Shown here in pieces: positions 18,006 to 28,881 of a stretch of DNA of 64,000 nt (the first letter of the stretch is position 1; every line of letters begins with the position of its first letter). The DNA is from Bacteroidia bacterium (GTDB taxonomy: Bacteria; Bacteroidota; Bacteroidia; SXHM01). Below the pieces are notes generated by a model, which made no database searches, was not told the DNA's origin, and saw nothing but the letters and a program-made list of their open reading frames with translations. The position numbers and the translations under genes were made by a program. Where the stretch lies: positions 77,291 to 141,290 of the forward strand of contig JBFWYU010000006.1 of NCBI GenBank assembly GCA_050186075.1, in the 5' to 3' direction.

Positions 18006-21000
18006 ATGATGCGAAGTAAAAATAGAATTTCACAACTGCTGCTTGCGGCCTTGCTGTTGTGCGGTTCACAGGCGTTTTCACAGAAGACGGCTTATTACCT
18101 TGACCCCGCTACGGAATACCGCCTGGGGAGCGAGTTGTATGAGAAAGAGAAGTATACTGCTGCCCGCGAAAAGTTTGAGAATGTAACGGCACAAACCGCT
18201 TATCTGCCGCTTGATTTGCGGGTGAATGCCGAGTTTTATACAGCCATGTGTGCCGTTGAATTGTTTCACAAAGATGCTGAAATGTTGTTGCAGCGTTTTA
18301 TAGATACCCGCCCCGAAAGCCCGAAAATAAAGGCTGCATGGTTTGAGATGGGTAAATTTCAATACCGTAAAAAGAGCTGGAAAAAAGCGGTGGAATGGTT
18401 TGAAAAGCTGAACACCTATGATTTGAATAACGATCAGCTGGCTGAATATTATTTCAAGTCGGGCTATAGTTATTTCATGCTCACTGATTTTAAAAATGCA
18501 AAAACCAACCTCGACCAGATCAAGGGAGTGGAGAATAAATACTCGGCACCTGCAAGTTACTACAGTGCGCACATAGCCTACATAGAAGAGAATTACGAAA
18601 CGGCTTTGCAGGATTTTCTGAAACTGCAGGACGATAAGATTTTCGGTGCGGTGGTGCCGTTCTACATCACACAGCTTTATTTCATGCAGAAGAAATATGA
18701 TAAGGTAATTGAATACGGAACGCCTTTGCTTTCATCGGCCAATACCAAGCGTACACCTGAGATTGCCAAGTTGGTGGGCGAATCATATTTCAACAAAGAG
18801 CAATATAAGGAAGCGGTACCGCACCTTACCTTGTTTATAGACAATGCCGGAATTATTACCCGCGAAGATAATTACCAGTTGGGTTATGCGCTTTATAAAA
18901 ACGGTGAATACGAGAAGGCGATTACCTATTTAGAAAAGGTTGCCGGAGATGCGGATAAGCTCACGCAAATAGCCTACTACAACATTGCGGATTGCTATCT
19001 GAAATCGGGAAAGAAACCCGCAGCACGCAACTCCTTCAAACAGGCTTCGTCCTTTGAGTTTGACAAAGAAATACAGGAAGATGCCTTGTTCAATTACGCG
19101 AAACTGGCTTACGAACTTTCGTTCAATCCTTATAATGAAGCGATAACTGCCTTTGAAGAATATATCCGCAAGAACCCGCAATCACCGCGTGTGGAAGAAG
19201 CCTACGCTTTTCTGCTGGATGTTTACCTCACCACCAAAAACTACAAGCAGGCTCTTGAATCCATTGAGCTGATCAAGAACAAGGATGATAAAATGAGACG
19301 CAGTTATCAGCGCATTGCCTATTTCCGCGCTGTGGAGCTGTATAATGATTTGAATTACCAGAGTGCGATTGCACACTTTGATCTTTCGCTGAAGTTTCCT
19401 TTAGATAAAGAAATTGAAGCCGGTGCTGATTACTGGAAAGGCGAAGCAAAATATAAGCTGAACAACTACGATGGTGCCATTGCCGACTACAACAAATTTC
19501 TTTATGTGCCGGGCGTGAACCACAACAATTACAAGACGGTGAACTACAACATGGGTTATGCTTATTTCAAAAAAGGCGATTACCCGAATGCTGTTCAGTG
19601 GCTGAGAAAATATGTAGCTTCATCTGATGACAACAAGAAACTGTGTGATGCTTATATCCGAATTGGTGACTGCTATTTCCTGACCCGCGAAAACCAACTG
19701 GCAATTGATTTCTATGACAAGGCCGTGAAGGTGGGTGCGCTGGATGTGGATTATGCTTTGTTTCAGATTGCGGTGTGTTATGGTTTACAGAATAAAAACG
19801 AATCGAAAATTGCTGCATTGGAATCATTACTCAATACGTATAAAAACTCAGCGTATTCAGCCGATGCAAAATATGAGATTGCTGAAAGCTACCTGCTGAA
19901 TGATGCGTTGGATAATGCGCTTACCTGGTTTCAGCGTGTGATAAACGAGCATCCGAAATCGGCTTACGTTAAGAAGTCGATGCTATCGAGCGCACAGATT
20001 TACTACAACAAAAGCAATGACGATCAGGCATTGGAGCTTTTCAAAAAGGTGTATGCCGAATATCCGGGAACATCGGAAAAGAACGATGCAATGTTGCAGA
20101 TAAAGAAGATATATGTGGAAGCCGGCAAAGTGCAGGAGTTTGAAAACTGGCTGAAAGGAAATGCTCCCGGATTTAATGTGGCTACGCTGGATACAGCTAA
20201 CTATGAAGTTGCGGAAAAGAAATACTTAGAGTCGAAATTCTCGGAAGCGTATGATGGCTTTAATACCTACCTCACCAAATATCCGAACGGCAACTTTGAA
20301 TTGAATGCTAAATTTTACCGCGCTGAGTCGGCTTACCAGTTGAAGAAATACGATGAAGCATTAGAAGGATACAACTATGCAATAGGCAGAGCGAAGAATA
20401 TTTTCACTGAGAAATCATTGATACGCGCTGCTGATGTTCACTACTTCAGCAAGAATTACAGCGATGCGAAACTGATGTTCTCGGTTCTGGAAGAAGTTGC
20501 TGAAGTAGAGCAAAACCTGATCAACTCACGCATCGGTTTGATGCGCTGCAATTATGAGTTGGGCGAATACGATGAGGCTTCGCGTTATGCAGAGAAGGTT
20601 ATTATTATGGAAAAAATTCAGGATGATGTTCTGCACGAAGCGCATCTGATCATTGCAAAATCTGCATTGGCTCAGGATAAAGAAGGCCTGGCGTTGGCAG
20701 CGTTTAATAAAGTTGCAGGCTTATCGCAAACTGCCGTGGGAGCAGAAGCAGAATACAATGTTGCGGCTATTCAATACAGTCAGGGTAATTATGATGTGTG
20801 CGAAAAAACGATCATCAGCATTATTAAGAACCGACCTTCTTATCCTTACTGGGTTGCAAAATCATTTATTCTGCTGGCTGATAATTATGTTGCCAAGGAT
20901 GATGACTTTCAGGCAAAGCTGACCTTGCAAAACCTCATTGATAAATATGAAGGCGCAGACCTGAAAGCTATAGCACAGGAGAAATTGAATACCATTATTC

Positions 21001-21149
21001 AGCGCGAAAATGATGAAGAACTGATGCGCGAAATGAAAGTGAAAGAAGAGATATACATTCAGTTTAATGAGAATAATAAAGAACAGAAACTGTTTGAGGA
21101 GGAAACTATGCCTTCCGATACTTTACAAACTCCCCAAAACCAGGAATAA
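18006..21149 (+). CDS. large secreted tetratricopeptide-repeat (TPR) protein
   Basis: Signal peptide (LLLAALLLCGSQAFSQ) followed by ~1000 aa of TPR-like helical repeats, many containing the Y..G.Y..A pattern. Overlaps the next gene by ATGA. Confidence 0.65.
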   Translation: MMRSKNRISQLLLAALLLCGSQAFSQKTAYYLDPATEYRLGSELYEKEKYTAAREKFENVTAQTAYLPLDLRVNAEFYTAMCAVELFHKDAEMLLQRFIDTRPESPKIKAAWFEMGKFQYRKKSWKKAVEWFEKLNTYDLNNDQLAEYYFKSGYSYFMLTDFKNAKTNLDQIKGVENKYSAPASYYSAHIAYIEENYETALQDFLKLQDDKIFGAVVPFYITQLYFMQKKYDKVIEYGTPLLSSANTKRTPEIAKLVGESYFNKEQYKEAVPHLTLFIDNAGIITREDNYQLGYALYKNGEYEKAITYLEKVAGDADKLTQIAYYNIADCYLKSGKKPAARNSFKQASSFEFDKEIQEDALFNYAKLAYELSFNPYNEAITAFEEYIRKNPQSPRVEEAYAFLLDVYLTTKNYKQALESIELIKNKDDKMRRSYQRIAYFRAVELYNDLNYQSAIAHFDLSLKFPLDKEIEAGADYWKGEAKYKLNNYDGAIADYNKFLYVPGVNHNNYKTVNYNMGYAYFKKGDYPNAVQWLRKYVASSDDNKKLCDAYIRIGDCYFLTRENQLAIDFYDKAVKVGALDVDYALFQIAVCYGLQNKNESKIAALESLLNTYKNSAYSADAKYEIAESYLLNDALDNALTWFQRVINEHPKSAYVKKSMLSSAQIYYNKSNDDQALELFKKVYAEYPGTSEKNDAMLQIKKIYVEAGKVQEFENWLKGNAPGFNVATLDTANYEVAEKKYLESKFSEAYDGFNTYLTKYPNGNFELNAKFYRAESAYQLKKYDEALEGYNYAIGRAKNIFTEKSLIRAADVHYFSKNYSDAKLMFSVLEEVAEVEQNLINSRIGLMRCNYELGEYDEASRYAEKVIIMEKIQDDVLHEAHLIIAKSALAQDKEGLALAAFNKVAGLSQTAVGAEAEYNVAAIQYSQGNYDVCEKTIISIIKNRPSYPYWVAKSFILLADNYVAKDDDFQAKLTLQNLIDKYEGADLKAIAQEKLNTIIQRENDEELMREMKVKEEIYIQFNENNKEQKLFEEETMPSDTLQTPQNQE

Positions 21150-22842
21150 CATGAAAAAGATAATAAGTCTAACGTTTGCGGTATTGTTTTCGGGAAGTAT
21201 TGTTTCGCTTGCCCAAACCAAGGAAAGCCTTCCTGAGATGGAGTTTGAGCACACCAAGCCTTCGGACCGCGCTACTAAGAATGCAATCAAAATAAGTCAG
21301 AACCCGGAAGTGAAGGATGACACGCTGGTGATCTCTCCCTTGAATTATACCATTCTGAAAAAGCAGGAGAAACCTGAATACAAGGTGGAGAAAATAAAAC
21401 CTGCGAAGATTGTGGACGAGCCGCTGAAAAAACTTTACAAGCATTATGCTAAGGTTGGTTTCGGGAATTATACCTCGCCTTTGGTTGAATTCAGCATGAG
21501 CAATCTGCGCAGCAAGGATTATGCGGGAAGTGTTTACCTGAAACACTACTCCATGAACGGAAAACTGAAAGAGGTTGGTCCGCCACAATTCAGCGACAAC
21601 GAGATAGTGCTGGACGGGAAGAAGTTTTTCAAAGAGTTTACGCTGAACGGTAACCTTGCTTATAAAAGGAATGTGGTTCATCGTTATGGCTTTGATGTTG
21701 ATTCATTTCCGTCTGACAGTTTTCCTGCTTTCAGCAAAAGCGCCACCAAACAGCGTTTTTCGTTTATCGGAACGTCAGTTGATCTGACTTCTTCGGAATT
21801 GCGCCCTTCCAAATGGCTTCAGAAGATTGGTATTGATTATTACAACTATCAGGACAAATTCGGAACAACTGAAAATAAGTTTGGCCTGATGACTAACCTT
21901 GTAAAAGATGTTTCTAAAAAATCGGATGTGCTGATTGATGTGGGTGTGGATTATTATAATGAGAAGATGGCTGTACATGGTGGCAATAATTTTATACCGC
22001 GCTTGCGTGCGGCATTTGCTACCAGCGGAAAAGGATGGAAACTGAAAGTAGGCTTGGGAACAGCACTGGATGTTACCGACTCGCTTACCAAAGGATATAT
22101 CTATCCGCATGTGGATTTTCAGTATTCGCTGGTTGAGAATATTTTTTACTTCTATGCAGGAGCCAATGGTGACTTGCAGCGTAACAGTTTCCGCAACCTT
22201 ACTACTGAAAATCCTTTTATTGCTTCTGATGTTGCTTTGAAAAACAGTAACCAGCAGGCAAAATTATTTGCAGGTCTTCGCGGGGCATTCAGTTCCAAGA
22301 TGACGTTCAATGCGTTTGTGTCGCAAAGCTTTATTGATAACATGCCGTATTATGTAAACCAGATTGACACCGGTTCAATAGCAGGAAATGTATTTGATGT
22401 GGTTTACGACAAGACTTCTTTGCTTACCGTTGGCGGTGATTTGGGTTTTCAGGCAGGGGAGAAGCTGATGCTGAATGCTTCGGCTTTCTATAATTTTTAT
22501 GCTATGGATAAACAATTGCAGCCTTGGCATCGTCCTGCAATCACAGGTAAGTTCACCGGTAAGTATAACCTGAAAGACAAGATAATCATATCGGCTGATG
22601 TGTATTATTTAGGTCCGCAGTTTGGCCGCACTTACACGCAGGATACACTTGGTGTTATAGCTTATGATGATGTTAAAATAAAACACCTGATTGATGTAAA
22701 TCTTGGTGTTGAATATCGCTACAACCAACGTTTCTCAACGTTTGTGAATTTCAACAACATTGCATCTTACCGTTACTACCGCTGGAGCCAGTATCCTTCT
22801 CAGCGATTTAATTTTATGGTAGGGTTGACTGCGAATTTCTAG
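21148..22842 (+). CDS. putative outer-membrane beta-barrel protein (porin-like), translationally coupled to the TPR protein
   Basis: Signal peptide MKKIISLTFAVLFSGSIVSLAQ, alternating amphipathic strands, and a C-terminal ...FMVGLTANF barrel terminus. ATGA overlap with the upstream TPR gene. Confidence 0.5.
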   Translation, partial: NMKKIISLTFAVLFSGSIVSLAQTKESLPEMEFEHTKPSDRATKNAIKISQNPEVKDDTLVISPLNYTILKKQEKPEYKVEKIKPAKIVDEPLKKLYKHYAKVGFGNYTSPLVEFSMSNLRSKDYAGSVYLKHYSMNGKLKEVGPPQFSDNEIVLDGKKFFKEFTLNGNLAYKRNVVHRYGFDVDSFPSDSFPAFSKSATKQRFSFIGTSVDLTSSELRPSKWLQKIGIDYYNYQDKFGTTENKFGLMTNLVKDVSKKSDVLIDVGVDYYNEKMAVHGGNNFIPRLRAAFATSGKGWKLKVGLGTALDVTDSLTKGYIYPHVDFQYSLVENIFYFYAGANGDLQRNSFRNLTTENPFIASDVALKNSNQQAKLFAGLRGAFSSKMTFNAFVSQSFIDNMPYYVNQIDTGSIAGNVFDVVYDKTSLLTVGGDLGFQAGEKLMLNASAFYNFYAMDKQLQPWHRPAITGKFTGKYNLKDKIIISADVYYLGPQFGRTYTQDTLGVIAYDDVKIKHLIDVNLGVEYRYNQRFSTFVNFNNIASYRYYRWSQYPSQRFNFMVGLTANF

Positions 22843-22964
22843 TAAGTATCCTCATTGCGGGCTTAGCGAAGCAATCTTATAATTTAGAGATTGCTTCGTT
22901 CGTTTCTCACCCGCAATGACGATATTATTTCCTTTACCTTAGCATTTAAATAACAAGTCTTATT

Positions 22965-25325
22965 ATGCTAAGAAAATTATTCTTTCTCACGCTCTCACTT
23001 TCTTACGTTCTCACTTCCACTGCCCAGGTCAACATCAGTGTTGCCGGACATTTGAATTATCAGACCCTTCATGAAACCAACCTCAGCGATGTCTGGGGTT
23101 ATGTGGATGAAGCAGGAAATGAATATGCACTGGTTGGAATGACCGAAGGAGGGATTTCAGTCGTTGATATTTCTGATCCCGCAAACATGACAGAAGTATT
23201 TTCAACTTCAGGTCCTGCCAGCAACTGGTATGAAATAAAAATATGGAATGATCATGCTTACGTCACAACTGAAGGTGGTGGAGGTATAATCATTATTGAT
23301 CTAAGTCCGCTGCCCGGAAACACGAATCTTACCGTTAGTCATTTTACAACGGGTGGATGGTCAACTGCTCATAATCTCTGGATTGATGAAAATGGGATAC
23401 TCTATATTTTCGGTGCAAACAGAGGAGTGGGAGGTGCTATTATATATGACCTGAATATTGATCCGACAGATTTAACGGAGGTTGGATTTTGGAATGAATA
23501 TTATGTGCACGATGGAATTGCGATTGGTGATACACTTTATTCAGCTCATATACACGATGGCTTCTTTACAATTTATGATGTTTCGGATAAAGCCAATCCT
23601 ATTTATCTGGCAAGTGCCAATACACCCAGCAACTGGACTCATAATATCTGGGTGAGTGATGACCGCCAGCGAGTTTTTACAACGGATGAAGTAAGTGGCG
23701 CTTACATTGCAGAATATGATATTACCGATTTTCAGAATATTACGGAAACAGACAGAATACAAAGCAGCCCGGGAGAATTAGTAATTCCTCATAACGTTTA
23801 TTACCTCAGCAATGATTATGTAATCAGCTCTTACTTCAATGATGGTGTAATACTCTATGATGTATCGCAGCAAGGCAACATGGTTGAGGTTGGTCATTAT
23901 GATACTTCGCCATACAGCGGCACAGGTTTTACTGGCGTATGGGGAACTTATAACTGGCTGCCATCCGGAAATATTATTGCCGGTGATGTTACCGAGGGAC
24001 TTTATATTCTCTCGCCCAATTATGTCCGTGGCGCATATCTTGAAGGTGCAGTTACCGATCAGGTGACAACCAATCCAATTCCGAATGTAAGTATTGAAAT
24101 ACTTGAACCAGGAGATGTTGACCACAGTCAACTGAACGGTGAATACCGCATGGGAACAGCACAGACAGGAAGTTATACTGTTGTATTTGCAAGGCCAGCT
24201 TATCGTAGTGATACCATCTATAATGTAGCACTCACCAACGGAACTATTACAACACTTGATGTGGAGTTAGAACCGCTTGTTCCTTTTTCTTTTTCCGGAA
24301 CTGTTACTCAACTTGGTACAGGAACACCAATAGATTCTGCAATTGTAAGAATTGAGAACTACCAATACTTCTATGAAGTTTATACCGATGAGAATGGTGA
24401 TTTTACTATTCCTGTTTTTTATGAAGGATCGTTTAATATCAATATTGGCAAGTGGGAATACCATACTGTTTGTTTCGGTGAACAGGCAATTGACGGTTCG
24501 AACAATGTATTGAATGTTGAATTGGAAAAAGGACTTTTTGAAGATTTTACTTTTGATAACGGATGGGTTGCAACCGCAAATGCAACACGAGGATTGTGGG
24601 AATATGGTAAACCATTCGGAACTTTTTTTGGTCCTATTGTAATTCACCCCAATGCTGATTCGCCCGACTGTGGTGGCTTTGCCTACACTACCGGAAACGA
24701 TGGTAATATTTATAACGAGGTAGATGGAACAGTTATTATCACCTCTCCTGTGTTTGATGCAACGTATATCAATGACCCTTACATCAGTTATTATCGTTGG
24801 TTTTTTAATGCTAATTTAAGTACAGCAACTGCGGGAAATGACACTATGCAAATAATGTTGAGTAATGGATCAGAGACAGTAGTTATTGAAAAAGTAGATG
24901 CTTATACAAATTTCAACACTGTCTGGAATCTGCACAGTGAGCGCATCAGCAATTATATAACACCAACATCAACTATGCAGTTTATTGTACAGGTAAGTGA
25001 CCCGAGCAATGATATAGATGACCAAACTGAAGCAGGAATTGATGGTATACAAATTACAGCAACATCAATAGGTGTGAAAGAGAATGAAACTTCGGGAGAT
25101 TTAATTTATCCTAATCCGGCAAATGACTTTATAAATATTGAACTGGCAGATAAATTTAAAAAATTCAAGTTGGAAATACTGGATCTGACAGGACATATAG
25201 TTCTGGTAGTTTCTAATCCAATTATAAATTCAAGGATTGATATCTCTTCACTCAGTTCAGGTATTTATTGTCTGAGGATTTTATCGACTTCTGAGATTTA
25301 TTCAACCAAAGTGGTAAAGCTGTAA
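22965..25325 (+). CDS. T9SS-secreted LVIVD-repeat (beta-propeller) protein with carboxypeptidase-regulatory-like domains and a type-A C-terminal sorting domain
   Basis: N-terminal LVIVD-type repeats (VWGYVDEAGNEYALVG..., AYVTTEGGGGIIIIDLS). CarbopepD_reg-like segments. C-terminus LIYPNPANDFINIEL...SSGIYCLRILS...TKVVKL matches the type-A T9SS sorting-domain pattern. Confidence 0.6.
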   Translation: MLRKLFFLTLSLSYVLTSTAQVNISVAGHLNYQTLHETNLSDVWGYVDEAGNEYALVGMTEGGISVVDISDPANMTEVFSTSGPASNWYEIKIWNDHAYVTTEGGGGIIIIDLSPLPGNTNLTVSHFTTGGWSTAHNLWIDENGILYIFGANRGVGGAIIYDLNIDPTDLTEVGFWNEYYVHDGIAIGDTLYSAHIHDGFFTIYDVSDKANPIYLASANTPSNWTHNIWVSDDRQRVFTTDEVSGAYIAEYDITDFQNITETDRIQSSPGELVIPHNVYYLSNDYVISSYFNDGVILYDVSQQGNMVEVGHYDTSPYSGTGFTGVWGTYNWLPSGNIIAGDVTEGLYILSPNYVRGAYLEGAVTDQVTTNPIPNVSIEILEPGDVDHSQLNGEYRMGTAQTGSYTVVFARPAYRSDTIYNVALTNGTITTLDVELEPLVPFSFSGTVTQLGTGTPIDSAIVRIENYQYFYEVYTDENGDFTIPVFYEGSFNINIGKWEYHTVCFGEQAIDGSNNVLNVELEKGLFEDFTFDNGWVATANATRGLWEYGKPFGTFFGPIVIHPNADSPDCGGFAYTTGNDGNIYNEVDGTVIITSPVFDATYINDPYISYYRWFFNANLSTATAGNDTMQIMLSNGSETVVIEKVDAYTNFNTVWNLHSERISNYITPTSTMQFIVQVSDPSNDIDDQTEAGIDGIQITATSIGVKENETSGDLIYPNPANDFINIELADKFKKFKLEILDLTGHIVLVVSNPIINSRIDISSLSSGIYCLRILSTSEIYSTKVVKL

Positions 25326-25330
25326 AACAA

Positions 25331-25357
25331 AAAACCCCGCTTGCGCAGGGTTTTTTG
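25331..25357. terminator. bidirectional rho-independent terminator
   Basis: AAAAAACCCCGCttgcGCaGGGTTTTTT hairpin flanked by an A-run and a T-run. It sits between convergent genes 22965..25325 (+) and 25376..25582 (-). Confidence 0.55.
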
Positions 25358-25375
25358 TTTAAAAACAGGGGAAAC

Positions 25376-25582
25376 CTATTTTTTCTTTTTAGCAACTGCT
25401 TTTTTAGCAGCTGGTTTTTTAGCAGCTGGTTTTTTAGCAGCTGGTTTTTTAGCAGCTTTTTTCTTAGCTACTGGTTTTTTCGCAGCAGCTTTTTTCTTAG
25501 CAGCTGGTTTTTTTGCAGCAGCTTTCTTAGCGGCTGGTTTTGCAGCGGCTTTCTTTGCTGCAGGTTTTTTTGCTTTTGCCAT
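25376..25582 (-). CDS. histone H1-like / HC2-like Lys/Ala-rich nucleoid protein
   Basis: MAKAKKPAAKKAAAKPAAKKAAAKKPAAKK... The coding DNA is an AGCAGCTGGTTTTTT-type tandem repeat. Genuine direction inferred from terminator placement and Met/Lys context. Confidence 0.6.
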   Translation of the reverse strand: MAKAKKPAAKKAAAKPAAKKAAAKKPAAKKKAAAKKPVAKKKAAKKPAAKKPAAKKPAAKKAVAKKKK

Positions 25583-25958
25583 GGTGTTTTTTGTTTTTTT
25601 AGTTAAACAATAATTATTGGTTTTAAACATCTCAAATGTATGCTGAGATTTTTTTTCACTAACAACTTTCTAAATAAGTTTTTAACTATTAATTGTTAAT
25701 TAGTGAAATTCAAAACCGGCATTGTAACGCGAACACTTCAATAAAGGTTACACTTTTTTACTTTCCTTTAAAATCAAGACATGTACAGAGTGTTATAAAA
25801 TATTCGTTTTTTGAAATTCTGATTTTTTTCTGATTTTTTGCAAAACGTATTCATGAAGTTGTTAGTTGAAAAGTTGAAAACTCTGAAATGTGCTGACGTC
25901 ATTTTTCCTTGTCAGCGGTTCTCAACATTGTGTTTTCTGAACTGAAAATTCAGAGAAG

Positions 25959-26909
25959 TTATTTGTTGAGCAGCACGTAATTTTTGAAACCACCTATTTG
26001 TTTTCCGCCCAGAAATGTTTTTTCAAAAAAGGTGAGAAGACGATATTTTAATCGTTCGTGTTTAAATAAGTCTCTGTCTGGATAGGCTTTTCCTGAGTAA
26101 TCAAGGTCATTGGCCCAGCTAAAGTCTTCTATCCACGTTTTCATAACTGCCGGATGAGTTCCTTTAAAGACCGGAGTTTTTTTCAAGGGGCCGTAATTGA
26201 AATCGGTTGTTCTGGTTTTATAAAGTTGCTCAGCCTTTGCACTTCCTTTATGAATTGTGTCAAGCGATTTCTTTTTGTTTTGCATCAATGCCGGTGGTCG
26301 TACCCAACCGTAATGAAATACTTCGGCAGCTACAGTTGCTACTTTAAGTTTAGCTGTTCCGTTTTGCTGGCGGTAATTCTTTTCATCAAAGTTTGGTATT
26401 CGTCTGAATGATTGAGCGCTTTCCCAGGAGTGAATGTCTTTATCATTTCTTACAATCCTTATTTCGTGGGGATACCAGCCGTGTGAGTCAACATAGTGAT
26501 TATAGTCTCCCCAGAAGTGTCTGTAAGAAAAGAGCAGTCCTTCCACTTCTTTATCATTCACTAATTCTTCGCAGCGTTGTTTTATTACAGGAAGATACTT
26601 TTCATGAATTACCTCATCAGCTTGCAGGTAAAACAGCCAGTCGCCAGTGCAGTGTTTTTTCGCAATATCGGTCTGGTGAGCATTCTCTGTTCCGTTGGGA
26701 TATTTTTTCAAATCCCACACGGTGTGAATTATTTTCACCTTGCTGCTGTCAATGCTTTCAATGATACTTTGCGTTTTATCATCGGCATCGCAATCGCCCA
26801 ATGCAACTACAAATTCATCAACAACAGGAAGGATGGAAAGAATGCTCTGCTTAATCGGATAATAGAGTTTATCCGCATTCTTAACCATTGTAAATCCTGA
26901 AATTTTCAC
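25959..26909 (-). CDS. glycosyltransferase family 2 (LPS/outer-core-type)
   Basis: N-terminal GT-A pattern FTMVKNA...VDEFVVALGDCDADDKT and a DxD-like QADE. ATGA overlap with the upstream ABC exporter gene. Confidence 0.5.
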   Translation of the reverse strand: MKISGFTMVKNADKLYYPIKQSILSILPVVDEFVVALGDCDADDKTQSIIESIDSSKVKIIHTVWDLKKYPNGTENAHQTDIAKKHCTGDWLFYLQADEVIHEKYLPVIKQRCEELVNDKEVEGLLFSYRHFWGDYNHYVDSHGWYPHEIRIVRNDKDIHSWESAQSFRRIPNFDEKNYRQQNGTAKLKVATVAAEVFHYGWVRPPALMQNKKKSLDTIHKGSAKAEQLYKTRTTDFNYGPLKKTPVFKGTHPAVMKTWIEDFSWANDLDYSGKAYPDRDLFKHERLKYRLLTFFEKTFLGGKQIGGFKNYVLLNK

Positions 26910-28807
26910 TGTGCGGGAGATTGAAAAATCTGGAGGTCGTAAAGCTTTTTATAGATACCGTTTTTGCCCAACAGTTCTTTGTGGGTTCCTGTTTCAGCAA
27001 TTTCACCTTCCTGCATTACTATTATTAAGTCGGCTTTTTGAATGGTAGAAAGGCGGTGTGCAATTACTAATGAGGTGCGATGTTTCATCAGGTTGTTGAG
27101 GGCATCCTGTACTAACTTTTCGGACTCGGTATCAAGTGCAGAGGTGGCTTCATCTAAAATTAATATCGGAGGATTTTTTAAAACAGCGCGTGCAATGCTT
27201 ACCCGCTGCCGCTGGCCGCCTGAGAGTTTGCTGCCTCTTTCACCAATATTACTTTGGTAACCTTCAGGGAACTGAGAGATGAAATCGTGGGCATTGGCAA
27301 TTTTTGCAGCTTTCTCAACTGCTGTGGGCGGAACGTTGGGCATTGCCAATGCAATGTTTTTAAAAATGGTATCGTTAAATAAAATAGACTCCTGCGAAAC
27401 AACTCCCATCAGATTTCTCAAATCGTGCAGGCTGTAGTTTTTAATATTTATTCCATCAATCAGAATTTCACCTTCCTGAATATCATAGAAGCGGGGGAGC
27501 AAATCCGCCAATGTTGATTTGCCGGCACCGGATTGACCAACAAGCGCAATGGTTTGTCCTTTGCTGATTTTAAGGTTTATGTTTTTAAGTACAGGTCCTT
27601 TCCCGTAGCTAAAACTCACATTGCGGAATTCAATGCAGTCGTTAAATCTTTTAACCGGAACAGGATTTTCAATCTCATGGATTTTCTGTTCGGCATTCAG
27701 GATTTCATTTACTCTATCCATAGAGGCAATACCTTTTTGGAGACGGAAAAAACCTTCACTGAATGCTTTTGCAGGTGGCATCAATTGAGAGAAGATGGCA
27801 ATGTAAGCGATAAAGAACTCACCTGTAAGTGCAGAATTTTTGTCAAGGATCAGGTTTCCTCCGAACCATAAAATGGTAACGATAACAATGGCCCCCATAA
27901 ATTCACTCACCGGTGATGCAAGGTTTAGAAGTCGGTGAACGCGCACCATTATTTTATAGAACATCTCGTTACTACTGCTGAAACGATTTTCCATAAATGA
28001 CTGCGCATTGAATGCTTTGATGATGCGCATTCCTGAAATGGTTTCTTCCAGCGTTGAGATAATTTCGCCCAGGCGGCTTTGTCCTTTTTTGGCAGAGCTG
28101 CGCAGTTTGCTTCCTATCTTACTTATTAAATAGCCGCTAAGTGGTAAGAGCACCAGAACAAAAACGGTAAGTTCCGGACTCATAATAAATAAGGTACTAA
28201 GGAAGATGATAAACGTTACCGGTTCTTTAAACAGCATTTCAATGGAACCTAGGATAGACCATTCAATTTCTGAAATGTCGCTGGTGCTTCTTGAAATCAG
28301 GTCGCCTTTGCGTTCATTGGAATAATAGGAAAGCGGCAGCGCCAGAATTTTAGAATATAGTTTTTTACGCAGGTCGCGTACAACCCCGGCACGCACCGGA
28401 GCAATGAAATAAAAAGCCAGATAACGCGAAAGGTTTTTAAGCAGAAACAAAACCACTACAGCTATACATATAATAAGGAGTGCGTTTTTTGCACCGTGAA
28501 CAGATATATAGTTATTCAGGCGGTAGTCAATATACTTCATCAGGGAGTCGGGAGAGAAGGAAAGCTCAACCGGATCAATGCTTTTTTTCTCATCATTGCT
28601 GAAGAGGATTTTAAGAAAAGGGATAATAGCGGCAAACGAAACCAGTGAAAAGAGCGTGCTCAGCAGGTTGAAAAATGAATTGGCAGCAATCAGTGATTTG
28701 TAATTGCGGAGGTAGGATAGTATGCCGAGAAATTTTTTCAATGCTTGAAGTAGCCCGCAAATATAGATGTTATTCCCTTGGATTTCCGCTGTGTTTCTCT
28801 GCGCCAT
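26906..28807 (-). CDS. ABC transporter permease/ATP-binding protein, MsbA-like lipid exporter
   Basis: Six-TM N-terminal domain plus C-terminal NBD: Walker A GQSGAGKST, signature LSGGQRQR, Walker B ILILDEATSALD. Confidence 0.8.
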   Translation of the reverse strand: MAQRNTAEIQGNNIYICGLLQALKKFLGILSYLRNYKSLIAANSFFNLLSTLFSLVSFAAIIPFLKILFSNDEKKSIDPVELSFSPDSLMKYIDYRLNNYISVHGAKNALLIICIAVVVLFLLKNLSRYLAFYFIAPVRAGVVRDLRKKLYSKILALPLSYYSNERKGDLISRSTSDISEIEWSILGSIEMLFKEPVTFIIFLSTLFIMSPELTVFVLVLLPLSGYLISKIGSKLRSSAKKGQSRLGEIISTLEETISGMRIIKAFNAQSFMENRFSSSNEMFYKIMVRVHRLLNLASPVSEFMGAIVIVTILWFGGNLILDKNSALTGEFFIAYIAIFSQLMPPAKAFSEGFFRLQKGIASMDRVNEILNAEQKIHEIENPVPVKRFNDCIEFRNVSFSYGKGPVLKNINLKISKGQTIALVGQSGAGKSTLADLLPRFYDIQEGEILIDGINIKNYSLHDLRNLMGVVSQESILFNDTIFKNIALAMPNVPPTAVEKAAKIANAHDFISQFPEGYQSNIGERGSKLSGGQRQRVSIARAVLKNPPILILDEATSALDTESEKLVQDALNNLMKHRTSLVIAHRLSTIQKADLIIVMQEGEIAETGTHKELLGKNGIYKKLYDLQIFQSPAQ

Positions 28808-28881
28808 CTGTGCGCTGCCTGTGGTTAATATTTAAATGCCGAATAAATGTATTTTTGCCCGTCTTTCAAAAGAATAAACAA

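Noticed and set aside
18006-22842. Assigning the 1058-aa TPR protein and downstream barrel as SprE/PorW plus a T9SS partner
   Set aside because: TPR proteins are too degenerate to name by eye. The gene pair is compatible with, but not diagnostic of, a T9SS/gliding component. It is left as a generic TPR protein plus OM barrel.
25341-25613. Plus-strand ORFs (FLAAGFLAAG... and FFSSWFFSSW...) antisense to the histone-H1-like gene
   Set aside because: They are compositional mirrors of the Lys/Ala repeat. They start inside the terminator hairpin and have no RBS or promoter context.
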